From NCBI GenBank assembly GCA_965202655.1, contig CBDBBK010000002.1, forward strand, positions 1,170,528 to 1,234,527: a stretch of DNA of 64,000 nucleotides, in the 5' to 3' direction. The position numbers and the translations under genes were made by a program. This stretch comes from Vicinamibacterales bacterium (GTDB lineage Bacteria; Acidobacteriota; Vicinamibacteria; Vicinamibacterales; UBA8438). Below, in pieces: positions 50,997-59,637 of the stretch. A model generated the notes under the pieces. It was not told the origin of the DNA. It was given only the letters and a program-made list of their open reading frames with translations, and made no database searches. Numbering within the stretch: the first letter of the stretch is position 1; each line of letters starts with the position of its first letter.

Positions 50997-52894
50997 GGGG
51001 AATCGATCGTTGCCTGCGCCCACCGCTCGAGCACCATCAGGCTGAAGAGCAGGTGGGCGTGGTTCTCGCGCCCGGCGGTGTGTTCGGCGATCCGGCCGGC
51101 GACCGCCCCCGGCTCGATCCAGCCGCGGCGGGCGAGCCGTTCCGGTGACAGCAGGTCGTGCATCAACGGCGCGAGCTCCCGCTTCAGCCAGTTCTTCATC
51201 GGGATGCTGAAGCCTTCCTTCGGCCGGCGCAGAATCGAAGCGGGCAGGCGATCCGCGAACGCGCGCTTCAGGATGAACTTCCGCTCCGCTCCCCGCACCT
51301 TCAGATGGCCCGGCATCGAGCACGCCAGCTCGATCACGTCGACGTCGAGGAACGGCGCGCGCGTTTCGAGCGACGCCGCCATGCTCATCCGGTCAACCTT
51401 CACCAGGATGTCGTCGGCCAGGTAGATTCGCAGGTCGGCATAGAGCTGCCGGTTCAGGAGGTCGTCGCCGCCGAACGCGCCCAGCGCGTCGCGCACCGGG
51501 CGATATGACTCCGCCCGGGAGAGGGCGTCGCGAAGTGCGGGCGTGTACAGGACGCGCTTCGTCTCGGGCGAAACATACGTCATCCAGCGGTAGTGTCCGA
51601 TGTCGGCTGGCGCTTCCGCGATACCGGCGGTGAACCGCTTCAGCTTGTTCACCAGCCCCTTCTTCCGTTCGCGCGGCGGCAGATGCGCCGCCGCCGCGGC
51701 GATCGCGCGCAGGGCGCCGTTCGGCGCGACCGCTGCGAGCCGGCGCGCCAGGCGGTCCGCGGCGTAGGTGTCGTAACCGCCGAACAGCTCGTCCCCGCCG
51801 TCTCCCGAGAGGGCCACCGTCACATGCTCGCGCGCGATCGTCGAGACCAGATAGGTGGGGAAGAGCGAGACATCGGCGAAGGGTTCGTCCAGGTGGACGA
51901 TCAACTGATCGAACAGTGCCGCGATGTCGGGTTCGACCGTTCCCTCGCGGTGATGCGTGCCGAAGCGCCCGGCGATCAACCGGGCATGCGGCAGTTCGTT
52001 GTAGCTGCCGTCGGCAAAGCCCATGCTGAAGGTGTTGACCGGACTGTTGCTCCGCTTCGCCGCCTCGCACATGCAGGCGACCACCGCGCTCGAGTCGATA
52101 CCGCCCGAGAGGAATGCGCCGAGCGGGACGTCCGACATCATCTGGCGATCGACCGAGCGTTCGAGGGTCTCGCGCAGCGCCCCGGCCGCGTTGTCGTCGC
52201 TCCAGTCGCGCGGCGCGATCGCCGCGGCGTCCCAGTAGGGCGCGATCGTCAGGTCGCCCGCGTGCCAGGTGAGTGCGTGGGCGGCGGGTAGCCGCCGGAT
52301 CGCCGCGAAGATGGTCCGGGGCGAAGGGACGTACTCGTAAGTCAGGAACTGATCCAGCGCCTCGAGGTCAACGTCGCGCGAGACGTCGGGGCAGGCGAGC
52401 AACGCCTTGATCTCGGAGGCGAGGACCAGGCCGTCCGGCGTCTCGGCGTAGTAGAGCGGCTTCTCGCCCGCCCGGTCGCGCGCCGCCCACAGGGTCTGGG
52501 TGCGAGCGTCCCAGAGCGCGATGGCGAACATGCCGTGGATCCGCTCCAGACAACCGTCTCCCCACGCCTCGTAGGCGTGCAGCACCGCTTCGATGTCGCT
52601 GCCGCTCCGGAAGCGGTGGCCGCGCTCCGCGAGGTCGGCGCGGAGTTCGGCATGGTTGTAGATCTCTCCGTTGCCGACGAGGTGGATCGTACCGTCCTCG
52701 TTGGTGAAGGGTTGCCCGCCCCCGTCGACGTCGATGATCGAGAGGCGGCGCATGCCGAGTCCGGCGCCCGGCAACGCGATCTGTCCCGCGTCGTCCGGCC
52801 CGCGGTGGCGCAGTGTCGCGACCATCGCGGCCAGACCGTCCGCCGGCGTGGGGCGCTCCGGGTCGCGGGCGACGATGCCGGCAATGCCGCACAT
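50981..52894 (-). CDS. asnB: Asparagine synthase (glutamine-hydrolysing), AsnB family
   Basis: N-terminal MCGIAG (Ntn Cys), GNGEIYNH, PP-loop-like FLSGGIDSS. Length 637 aa. Confidence 0.9.
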   Translation of the reverse strand: MCGIAGIVARDPERPTPADGLAAMVATLRHRGPDDAGQIALPGAGLGMRRLSIIDVDGGGQPFTNEDGTIHLVGNGEIYNHAELRADLAERGHRFRSGSDIEAVLHAYEAWGDGCLERIHGMFAIALWDARTQTLWAARDRAGEKPLYYAETPDGLVLASEIKALLACPDVSRDVDLEALDQFLTYEYVPSPRTIFAAIRRLPAAHALTWHAGDLTIAPYWDAAAIAPRDWSDDNAAGALRETLERSVDRQMMSDVPLGAFLSGGIDSSAVVACMCEAAKRSNSPVNTFSMGFADGSYNELPHARLIAGRFGTHHREGTVEPDIAALFDQLIVHLDEPFADVSLFPTYLVSTIAREHVTVALSGDGGDELFGGYDTYAADRLARRLAAVAPNGALRAIAAAAAHLPPRERKKGLVNKLKRFTAGIAEAPADIGHYRWMTYVSPETKRVLYTPALRDALSRAESYRPVRDALGAFGGDDLLNRQLYADLRIYLADDILVKVDRMSMAASLETRAPFLDVDVIELACSMPGHLKVRGAERKFILKRAFADRLPASILRRPKEGFSIPMKNWLKRELAPLMHDLLSPERLARRGWIEPGAVAGRIAEHTAGRENHAHLLFSLMVLERWAQATIDSPQPGS

Positions 52895-52938
52895 GGAGTG
52901 GTGGCCGAGGAGGAAGGCGTCCGGAGGAAGAGGCTACA

Positions 52939-52971
52939 ATGAATTCAGATTTCCCCGCCAACCGATGCTGA
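52939..52971 (+). other. Candidate 10-codon upstream ORF (MNSDFPANRC) with a very strong SD, overlapping the start of the downstream lipoprotein gene
   Basis: GGAGGAAGAGG (52923-52933), then 5 nt, then ATG 52939. Its stop TGA (52969-52971) overlaps ATG 52965 of the next gene (ATGCTGA). The competing reading is that TACAAT (52935-52940) is a -10 box, which would place the transcription start downstream of this ATG. Confidence 0.25.
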
Positions 52972-54515
52972 CCGCCGTGCCGATGGACTACAACTCGACG
53001 GTGGCGATCCGTTGCATCTGCTCCGCCATCCTGCTTGGTGTGGTGCTCGGCCTCGCAGGCTGTGCGGCCCCGCCGGAGGAGGCCCCCTCGCCGGAGAGTT
53101 CGGCCGCGGAAACCGCGTTGCCGGAAGCGCCCGCGGCGGAAGAGTCCGTCGTGGAAGAGGCTGCGGCGGAAGCCGCGGAGAACGGGTCCGCGTCCGTCGC
53201 CGAAGCCGGGCCCGCCCGCGACCCGTTGCATCTGCGGGTCGCCTGGACGCGCGACGTGGGCGACGGCACGGACTTCGTCAGCCTGGGCGACCGGCTGCGG
53301 CTGATGGTGTACGACTCGCTCGACGGAGTCGGCGAGCGGTCGCTGCTGCCCGACACGGCCAGTTTCGCCAAACCGCTGATCGCGCCGTCCGGCGACACGG
53401 TCGTGTTCACGATGCGGCGGCAGGGTGTCGTCTATGCCGTCAACTGGGACGGCTCGGGACTGCGACGGGTCGCCGACGGATTCGGTCTCGACGTCTGGTC
53501 CGATCCGGCCGACGGAATCGAATGGGCCTACGTGGGCGTCGACGAGCGGTCGACCGATCCGCCTTCGTATCCGGCCGTCCGCCGTTACCGCCTGGACGAT
53601 CCCGCCGTCAGCGAAACGGTCTGGGATGCGCAGCCGGTTTCGGGCGACAGCTTTCAGTTGTCGGGGGACGGACGGACCGCGGCGGCGCTCTTGCCCTGGC
53701 CCACGGCGGGCGTGATCGATTTCGCGGCGGGCGCCTGGCGGGCGCTGGGCGAGGGCTGCTGGACAGCCTTCTCGCCCGGCCGGGCGCCGCTCTGCTGGTT
53801 CTTCGACGGCGCCCACCGCAACGTGACGGTGGTCGACCTCGACGGGGAAGAGCGCTGGACGATACCGATGAACGACGATCCCCGGTTCGGTGGCTACGAG
53901 GTGTACCACCCGCGCTGGACGAACGATCCGCGCGCGATCGTGCTGACCGGGCCGTACTCGGTCGGAACGCGCGTCAACAAGATACGTGCCGGCGGCCGCC
54001 AGGTCGAAGTGCATGTCGGCATCCTCAACGAGTCCATGACGGCCGTGGAGTCGTGGCGGCAGGTGACCGAGAATGATGCCGCCGACTTCTATCCGGACGC
54101 CTGGATCGCGCCGGGAGGGTTGCCGCCGCCGCGGGGCGGCGCCGCGCCGGTGGCGGTCGCCGATCGCGCGCCGGACGCCGCCGCGGCCAACACGGTCGTG
54201 TCGGTGCGGGTCCGCGAGGATGTCCCGCTGCCGACGCCGCAATCGATCGCTCCGTACCGCGAGGGGCTATTGGCCATCGAGTACGACGTGGTGGAGGTGA
54301 TTGAAGGCGACCTGGACGCGCCGGTCGTCGCCGTCGCGCACTGGGTCATTCGCGATGGGGAGACGTTGGCCGGCGCGGCGCGGCCGGGCGGAGAGACGTA
54401 CCGTCTGACGCTTGCGCCGTACGATGCGCGGCCCGAGCTGGAAGGGAAGCGGCTGGTGATGGGCACGCAAGACCTGACCTTGCCCCTCTTCTTCGATACG
54501 GAGTCGGGCTTCTAG
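52965..54515 (+). CDS. Lipoprotein, unknown function (beta-propeller-like middle region)
   Basis: Lipobox VLGLAGC, an acidic Ala/Glu-rich linker, then repeated strand-turn segments (PSGDTVVF, GSGLRRV, SGDGRTAA, HPRWTNDPRAIV). No family recognised with confidence. ATG 52983 is an alternative start. Confidence 0.55.
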   Translation: MLTAVPMDYNSTVAIRCICSAILLGVVLGLAGCAAPPEEAPSPESSAAETALPEAPAAEESVVEEAAAEAAENGSASVAEAGPARDPLHLRVAWTRDVGDGTDFVSLGDRLRLMVYDSLDGVGERSLLPDTASFAKPLIAPSGDTVVFTMRRQGVVYAVNWDGSGLRRVADGFGLDVWSDPADGIEWAYVGVDERSTDPPSYPAVRRYRLDDPAVSETVWDAQPVSGDSFQLSGDGRTAAALLPWPTAGVIDFAAGAWRALGEGCWTAFSPGRAPLCWFFDGAHRNVTVVDLDGEERWTIPMNDDPRFGGYEVYHPRWTNDPRAIVLTGPYSVGTRVNKIRAGGRQVEVHVGILNESMTAVESWRQVTENDAADFYPDAWIAPGGLPPPRGGAAPVAVADRAPDAAAANTVVSVRVREDVPLPTPQSIAPYREGLLAIEYDVVEVIEGDLDAPVVAVAHWVIRDGETLAGAARPGGETYRLTLAPYDARPELEGKRLVMGTQDLTLPLFFDTESGF

Positions 54516-54525
54516 GACTGCCGTC

Positions 54526-55626
54526 ATGCGCGTGCGATGGTTCGCGAGGCTCACCGCTGCGGCGATTGCCGCCGCCCCGGCGTGCGGGCCGCCGGCGGCG
54601 GATCTGGGCGATGTCGTTCCCCGGTTCCAGGAAACGGCCCGAACACTGGCGGCCAACGCGGAGGCGGAGGGACGGACGACCGTCCCCGGCCTCGACGACT
54701 GGCTGTTTTTCGGACCGGAGCTCCGCCACGTCTCGGTCGGGCCCTTCTGGGGGCCGGACGCGGCCGCCGTCAGCCGTGCGCGGGACCCGGAGGCGGCCGA
54801 TCCGCTGGCCGCGATACTCGACTTCCGGGCGCAACTGCGCGATCTGGGTGTCGAGTTGATCGTCATGCCGGTGCCGGCGAAGAGCGTGATCTATCCCGAT
54901 CAACTGGCTGCGGAGCTGTCGGCGCTGTCGGCGCCGCCACGCCTCGATCCGGACCACGTGGTGTTCTACACGTTGCTCCGGCAGCAGGGTGTGGAATTGC
55001 TCGATCTGACCGAGCGCTTCCTCCAGGTGCGGAACCATCCGCGGGGCCCCCTCTACTGCCTTCGTGATACCCACTGGTCGGGAGTCGGCGTCGCGGTCGC
55101 CAGCGCCCAGCTCGCCGGCGCGCTGTTGTCCCGGTCGTGGTATGGCGCGCCGCCGGGTGACGCGCCTCACATCGCGGACTGGCGTTCGGCGACGATCAAC
55201 GGCGATCTCGAACGCGAGGCGGCGGACGGGGTGACCGGCGAGACGCTGCAGGTCCGGTCGATCGGCATTGCGGACGGGACGGACACGCGGGGGCCGCCGC
55301 CCGAACCGGACCCGAACAGCCCCGTCGTGCTGCTCGGCGACAGCCACAACCTGGTGTTCCACGCCGGCGACGACATGCACGCGACTGACGGCGGCCTGCC
55401 GGAACAGCTCGCCTTCGAGCTGGGCTTCCCGGTCGACGTGGTCGCGGTGCGGGGTTCCGCGTCGACCGCCGCGCGCGTGAACCTGTTGCGCCGCGCCCAG
55501 GCCGATCCCACGTACTGGGAGCGGAAGCGGATGGTGATCTGGGTCTTCTCGGTGCGCGAGTTCACCGAGGGCGACGGCTGGCCGCTTATTCCGATCCGGC
55601 CGGATCCTCCCGGCGATCCCGGATAA
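54526..55626 (+). CDS. AlgX/AlgJ-like SGNH-type polysaccharide O-acetyltransferase domain protein
   Basis: N-terminal signal/lipobox-like AAAPAC. WLFFGPEL, IVMPVPAKSVIYP, catalytic-type motif RDTHWS (DxHW) and LLGDSH (GDS), as in the AlgJ/AlgX family. Confidence 0.7.
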   Translation: MRVRWFARLTAAAIAAAPACGPPAADLGDVVPRFQETARTLAANAEAEGRTTVPGLDDWLFFGPELRHVSVGPFWGPDAAAVSRARDPEAADPLAAILDFRAQLRDLGVELIVMPVPAKSVIYPDQLAAELSALSAPPRLDPDHVVFYTLLRQQGVELLDLTERFLQVRNHPRGPLYCLRDTHWSGVGVAVASAQLAGALLSRSWYGAPPGDAPHIADWRSATINGDLEREAADGVTGETLQVRSIGIADGTDTRGPPPEPDPNSPVVLLGDSHNLVFHAGDDMHATDGGLPEQLAFELGFPVDVVAVRGSASTAARVNLLRRAQADPTYWERKRMVIWVFSVREFTEGDGWPLIPIRPDPPGDPG

Positions 55627-56377
55627 CCCGGGCCGGGACGCCGGCCGCGATCGCGTACGGGGGAATGGACCCGCGCACTACCGCACCGGCGCCTATGATC
55701 GCGTCGCGTCCGACCGTGGCGCCGTCCGAGATGACGACGTGCGCCCCGAGCCAGACGTTGTCGTCCACCTCGATTCCCCGCGCGATCCGCGCCTGCTGCA
55801 ACACGGGCACGTCGGTCCGGTCGTGAGCGTGGTCGCCGCCCACCAGGTAGGTGTAGGCGGCGACCAGGGCGTGCCGGCCGAGCCGGACGCGACCTCCCGA
55901 GAAGATCTCGCAGTTGAAGCCGATGTTGGCGTGATCGTCGATGACGATGTCGCCGTTCTTGCAGCTCAGGATCGTGCCGCGGCCTATGAAGACGCCGCCG
56001 CCGATGTCGATGCCGCGGTTGTCGGTTCCCTTTGCGTCGAGGCAGCAGTTGTCGTCGATCACGACGTCGTCGCCGATCCGGATCTTGTGCGGGTGCCGCA
56101 GGACGACGTTGACCCCGAAGGTCACGTTGCGCCCCACGCGCCCGAGCAATAGCGGGTAGAGCTTCGACCGGAGCAGCAGTCCGAGGGCTCCCGGCAGCGC
56201 GCTGATCGTGGTGACGATCAGCTCGTACTTGATGAGCGCCCAGAGTCCCGGGCGCCCGACGACAAGCGCTGCGTACCGAGCCGCCTTCGATCGCCCCGGC
56301 TCGAAGAGCTCCTCCTGGATATCCGTGATGCGGCCCGCCGATTCAGCGGCGGTGTCGGGTTCATTCCGTGTCGTCAT
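55586..56377 (-). CDS. Left-handed beta-helix (hexapeptide repeat) acyl/acetyltransferase with an N-terminal membrane segment
   Basis: Hexapeptide repeats IRIGDDVVIDDNCCL, IDIGGGVFIGRGTIL, IVIDDHANIGFNCEI, IEVDDNVWLGAHVVI, ATVGRDAIIGAGAVV. C-terminal IPPYAIAAGVPARVIR. Confidence 0.85.
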   Translation of the reverse strand: MTTRNEPDTAAESAGRITDIQEELFEPGRSKAARYAALVVGRPGLWALIKYELIVTTISALPGALGLLLRSKLYPLLLGRVGRNVTFGVNVVLRHPHKIRIGDDVVIDDNCCLDAKGTDNRGIDIGGGVFIGRGTILSCKNGDIVIDDHANIGFNCEIFSGGRVRLGRHALVAAYTYLVGGDHAHDRTDVPVLQQARIARGIEVDDNVWLGAHVVISDGATVGRDAIIGAGAVVRGSIPPYAIAAGVPARVIRDRREDPAGSE

Positions 56378-56410
56378 TAATCTGGCGCACAGCTTATCCG
56401 TTTCGCTGGC

Positions 56411-56446
56411 CGGAGGTGGTCAGGCGCCCCGTCCGGGCGCCTCCGG
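56411..56446. promoter_or_regulatory. Strong inverted repeat in the divergent promoter region between the LbH acyltransferase and MBOAT genes
   Basis: AGGCGCCC (56422-56429) and GGGCGCCT (56435-56442) form an 8-bp perfect stem with loop CGTCC. Outer arms CCGGAGG (56411-56417) and CCTCCGG (56440-56446) can extend it with a bulge. Confidence 0.35.
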
Positions 56447-56485
56447 CGCGTCCGGCGGCCGCCTGTACACTGCTTCGAGCGGGCC

Positions 56486-57904
56486 ATGGTCTTCAGTTCC
56501 CACCTCTTCCTTCTCTACTTCCTGCCCGTTGCCCTGCTCGTCTACTACGCGCTGCCGCGCCGGGGCCGCCACCTCGCCCTTGCCCTCCTGAGTTACACGT
56601 TCTACGGCTGGGCCAATCCGCTGTTCGTGGTTCTGTTACTCGCATCAACCGTGGTGGACTTCGGGTGCGGCCTGGCGATCGGCGCCGCCGGCCGGGACGC
56701 CGCCGGCGCGCGCCGGCGGCGCCTGGCGGTCGCCGTTTCCGTCATCACCAACCTCTCGCTCCTCGGTTTCTTCAAGTACTTCAACTTCGGCGTCGACACG
56801 CTGAACGGGGTGGGGTCCGCGCTCGGCGCGGAGTGGTTGGGTCTCGACACGGCGCTTCGCGTCACCCTGCCCCTCGGCATCAGCTTCTACACGTTCCAGT
56901 CGATGAGCTACACGATCGATGTCGCGCGGGGTCATGCCGCGCCGCTCCGCAACTTCATCGACTTCGCCTGCTACGTGTCGCTGTTCCCCCAACTGGTCGC
57001 GGGGCCGATCATCCGGTTCGCCGAAATCGCGGATCAACTGGCGCAGCGCTCCCATACCGCCGCGAAGTTCGCGCGCGGCGTGGCGTTCGTCAGTCTCGGC
57101 CTCGCCAAGAAGGTGCTGCTCGCAAACCCGTGCGGGCGGATTGCCGATCTCGCGTTCGACGCCGGATCCGTCGCCACCCTCGATGCCTGGCTCGGCCTGG
57201 TCGCCTACGCCTTTCAGATCTACTTCGACTTCAGCGGCTACTCCGACATGGCGATCGGCCTCGGGCTGATGCTCGGCTTCGTCTTCCCGAAGAACTTCGA
57301 CTCGCCGTACCGCGCGGAGTCGATCACGGAGTTCTGGCGCCGGTGGCACCTGTCGCTCTCTTCCTGGCTGCGCGACTATCTGTATGTGCCCCTGGGCGGC
57401 AGCCGGCGTGGGCCGCGACGCACCTACGTCAATCTCGCCGTCGTCATGCTGCTCGGCGGCCTCTGGCACGGCGCGGCCTGGACGTTCGTGTGCTGGGGCG
57501 CCATGCATGGCGCGCTGCTCGCGGCGGAGCGGTGGCGCGGCGGGTCGCTCTATGCGTTCCTGCCGGCGCCGATGCGCCGCGGCGCGACGTTCGGCCTGGT
57601 GCTGATGAGCTGGGTGCTGTTCCGGGCCGCGGACCTCGGCGACGCCGCCGGTTACTTCCGGAGTCTGGCGGGACTGACGCCGCCAACCGATCAGGCGCGG
57701 CTGCTCGGGCAGGTGATCACGGAGCCGTACTCGCTGCTCGCGCTGGCGTCCGCGGCGCTGGTCACGTGGGGTGCTCCACAGACCTGGGACTGGTCGCGCA
57801 ACCTGACCGGGCCGAAGGCGGTGACGGCTGTCGGTCTGCTGCTCCTGGCGTGGGGCGTGCTCGCCACGCAGGCGCACAACCCCTTCATCTATTTCATCTT
57901 CTGA
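56486..57904 (+). CDS. MBOAT-family membrane O-acyltransferase (AlgI/DltB-like)
   Basis: MVFSSHLFLLYFLPVALLVYY, GISFYTFQSMSYTIDV, DFSGYSDMAIGL, FWRRWHLSLSSWLRDYLYVPLGG (conserved His), LGGLWHGA. Confidence 0.9.
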   Translation: MVFSSHLFLLYFLPVALLVYYALPRRGRHLALALLSYTFYGWANPLFVVLLLASTVVDFGCGLAIGAAGRDAAGARRRRLAVAVSVITNLSLLGFFKYFNFGVDTLNGVGSALGAEWLGLDTALRVTLPLGISFYTFQSMSYTIDVARGHAAPLRNFIDFACYVSLFPQLVAGPIIRFAEIADQLAQRSHTAAKFARGVAFVSLGLAKKVLLANPCGRIADLAFDAGSVATLDAWLGLVAYAFQIYFDFSGYSDMAIGLGLMLGFVFPKNFDSPYRAESITEFWRRWHLSLSSWLRDYLYVPLGGSRRGPRRTYVNLAVVMLLGGLWHGAAWTFVCWGAMHGALLAAERWRGGSLYAFLPAPMRRGATFGLVLMSWVLFRAADLGDAAGYFRSLAGLTPPTDQARLLGQVITEPYSLLALASAALVTWGAPQTWDWSRNLTGPKAVTAVGLLLLAWGVLATQAHNPFIYFIF

Positions 57905-57905
57905 G

Positions 57906-59618
57906 ATGGCCGCGACAACCGGAACCGACTTCGATCGCCTGCCGCGCGCCGAACGCGCCCGCATCGCCCAGGCGCGCGCCGAGGTGGGGCAGACCACGGT
58001 CGCGCCGGCCGTCGCGCGCCTCCTCGCCGCGGCGTTCATCGTGGCGCTGGCGACGCCGCATGTTGCGCAACTGCTGACGGATTCGGGCTTCTACCGGGTA
58101 GTGGGGGGTGGACGGGCGTCCCTGGCGGAAGCTCCGGTCGCCGATGGCCTTCCATTCCCGTCGATCCGAGCCGCCAACCGCGCGCTGCTGGCTCGCGCGA
58201 CGGCGATCGAGGACGGACTCGCCGACGATTCCGTGATCGGCCGGCGCATCCGTCCCATCGTGCAGTCGGTAATGACCGCCGCGCTGGGCGCGGGCACGGC
58301 GCAGGTGGAAGTTGGCGACGGCGGCTGGCTCTTCTACCGGCCCGATCTGGATCACGTCACCGGGCCGGGGTTTCTCGATCCGCGCGTCCTGCGTCGCCGG
58401 GCGGCGGCCGGCGACACCCTCACCGCGGCGCGTGCGCCGGATCCGCGGCCCGCTCTCACAGCCCTCCACGCGCAACTGGCCCGGCGGGGGATCCTGCTGA
58501 TCGTCGCGCCCACCCCGATCAAGCCGTCCGCCGATCCGGAACGTGTCGGGGGCGGCGCCGGTTTCGGCTCCCCGGTGGTGCCGAACCGCTCCTGGGCGGC
58601 ATTCGTGAGCGATCTCCAGGCGGCGGGCGTCACCGTCTTCGACGCGTTCGCGAGTCTGGCCGCACTGCGGGCCGAAGGTGGGATGCCGCTCTATCTGGCA
58701 ACCGACACCCACTGGCGGCCGGAGACCATGCAGCGCGTCGCCGTCGATCTCGCCCGGTTCATCGAGGCCGCGGTCACGCTCGGGCCGTCTCGCGAGACGC
58801 ATGGCGCGCGCGCCGTCGACGTCACGAACGAGGGCGATACACTGCGCCTGCTGGAACTGGGGCCACGCCGAGGCCGGTACCTGCCGGAGACCGTCACGAC
58901 GCGGCGGGTGGAAACGGCGGCCGGCGAACCGTGGCGGGCGTCCCCCGGCGCGGAAGTTTTGCTTCTGGGCGACAGTTTCACCAACGTCTATGCGTTGGAC
59001 GCGCTCGGCTGGGGAGTCGCGGCGGGCCTCGCGGAGCAACTCGCCGTGGAGTTGCAGCGCCCGGTGGATCGGATCGCCCAGAACGACCAGGGCGCCATCG
59101 CGCCGCGCCGGCTGCTGGCGGCGGCGCTCGCCCGTGAGCCGGAACGCTTCGCCGAGACACGCGTCGTCGTCTACCAGTTCGCGGCGCGTGAACTCTCCCT
59201 GGGCGACTGGGCGATCGTCGATCTGCCCGCGCCCGGCGCGCCGCCGCCGGCCGGATCGACCGATTTCTGGGTTCCCGGCGCCGGCGCACGGGCCACCATC
59301 GAGGCGACGGTCGCCGCGGCCGGTTTCGTTCCGCGTCCCGGATCGGTGCCGTACCGCGATCACATCGTGGCGCTCCACCTGTCGGCAATCGACGTCATGG
59401 ATGGCCCGGCGGCGGGCGCCGGGCGCGATGCCGTTGTCTACGTCCGCAGCATGATCGACAACGAACTGACCGCCGCCGCAGCCTGGCAGCCGGGCGATCG
59501 GGTGCGGCTCGCGCTCGAGCCGTGGGCCGGCGTCGCGCCCGATCTCGACGGTATCAACCGCGGTGAACTGAGCGATCCGACCCTGCTGCTCGTCGAACCG
59601 TGGTGGGGCGAGCCGTAA
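57906..59618 (+). CDS. AlgJ/AlgX-like SGNH-type O-acetyltransferase domain protein, membrane-anchored, with C-terminal extension
   Basis: N-terminal TM anchor VARLLAAAFIVALA. GWLFYRPDL, LIVAPTPIKPS, TDTHWR (DxHW), LLLGDSF (GDS). An extra C-terminal domain of about 130 aa. Confidence 0.7.
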   Translation: MAATTGTDFDRLPRAERARIAQARAEVGQTTVAPAVARLLAAAFIVALATPHVAQLLTDSGFYRVVGGGRASLAEAPVADGLPFPSIRAANRALLARATAIEDGLADDSVIGRRIRPIVQSVMTAALGAGTAQVEVGDGGWLFYRPDLDHVTGPGFLDPRVLRRRAAAGDTLTAARAPDPRPALTALHAQLARRGILLIVAPTPIKPSADPERVGGGAGFGSPVVPNRSWAAFVSDLQAAGVTVFDAFASLAALRAEGGMPLYLATDTHWRPETMQRVAVDLARFIEAAVTLGPSRETHGARAVDVTNEGDTLRLLELGPRRGRYLPETVTTRRVETAAGEPWRASPGAEVLLLGDSFTNVYALDALGWGVAAGLAEQLAVELQRPVDRIAQNDQGAIAPRRLLAAALAREPERFAETRVVVYQFAARELSLGDWAIVDLPAPGAPPPAGSTDFWVPGAGARATIEATVAAAGFVPRPGSVPYRDHIVALHLSAIDVMDGPAAGAGRDAVVYVRSMIDNELTAAAAWQPGDRVRLALEPWAGVAPDLDGINRGELSDPTLLLVEPWWGEP

Positions 59619-59637
59619 CCGGTCTATTCTTCCCGCC

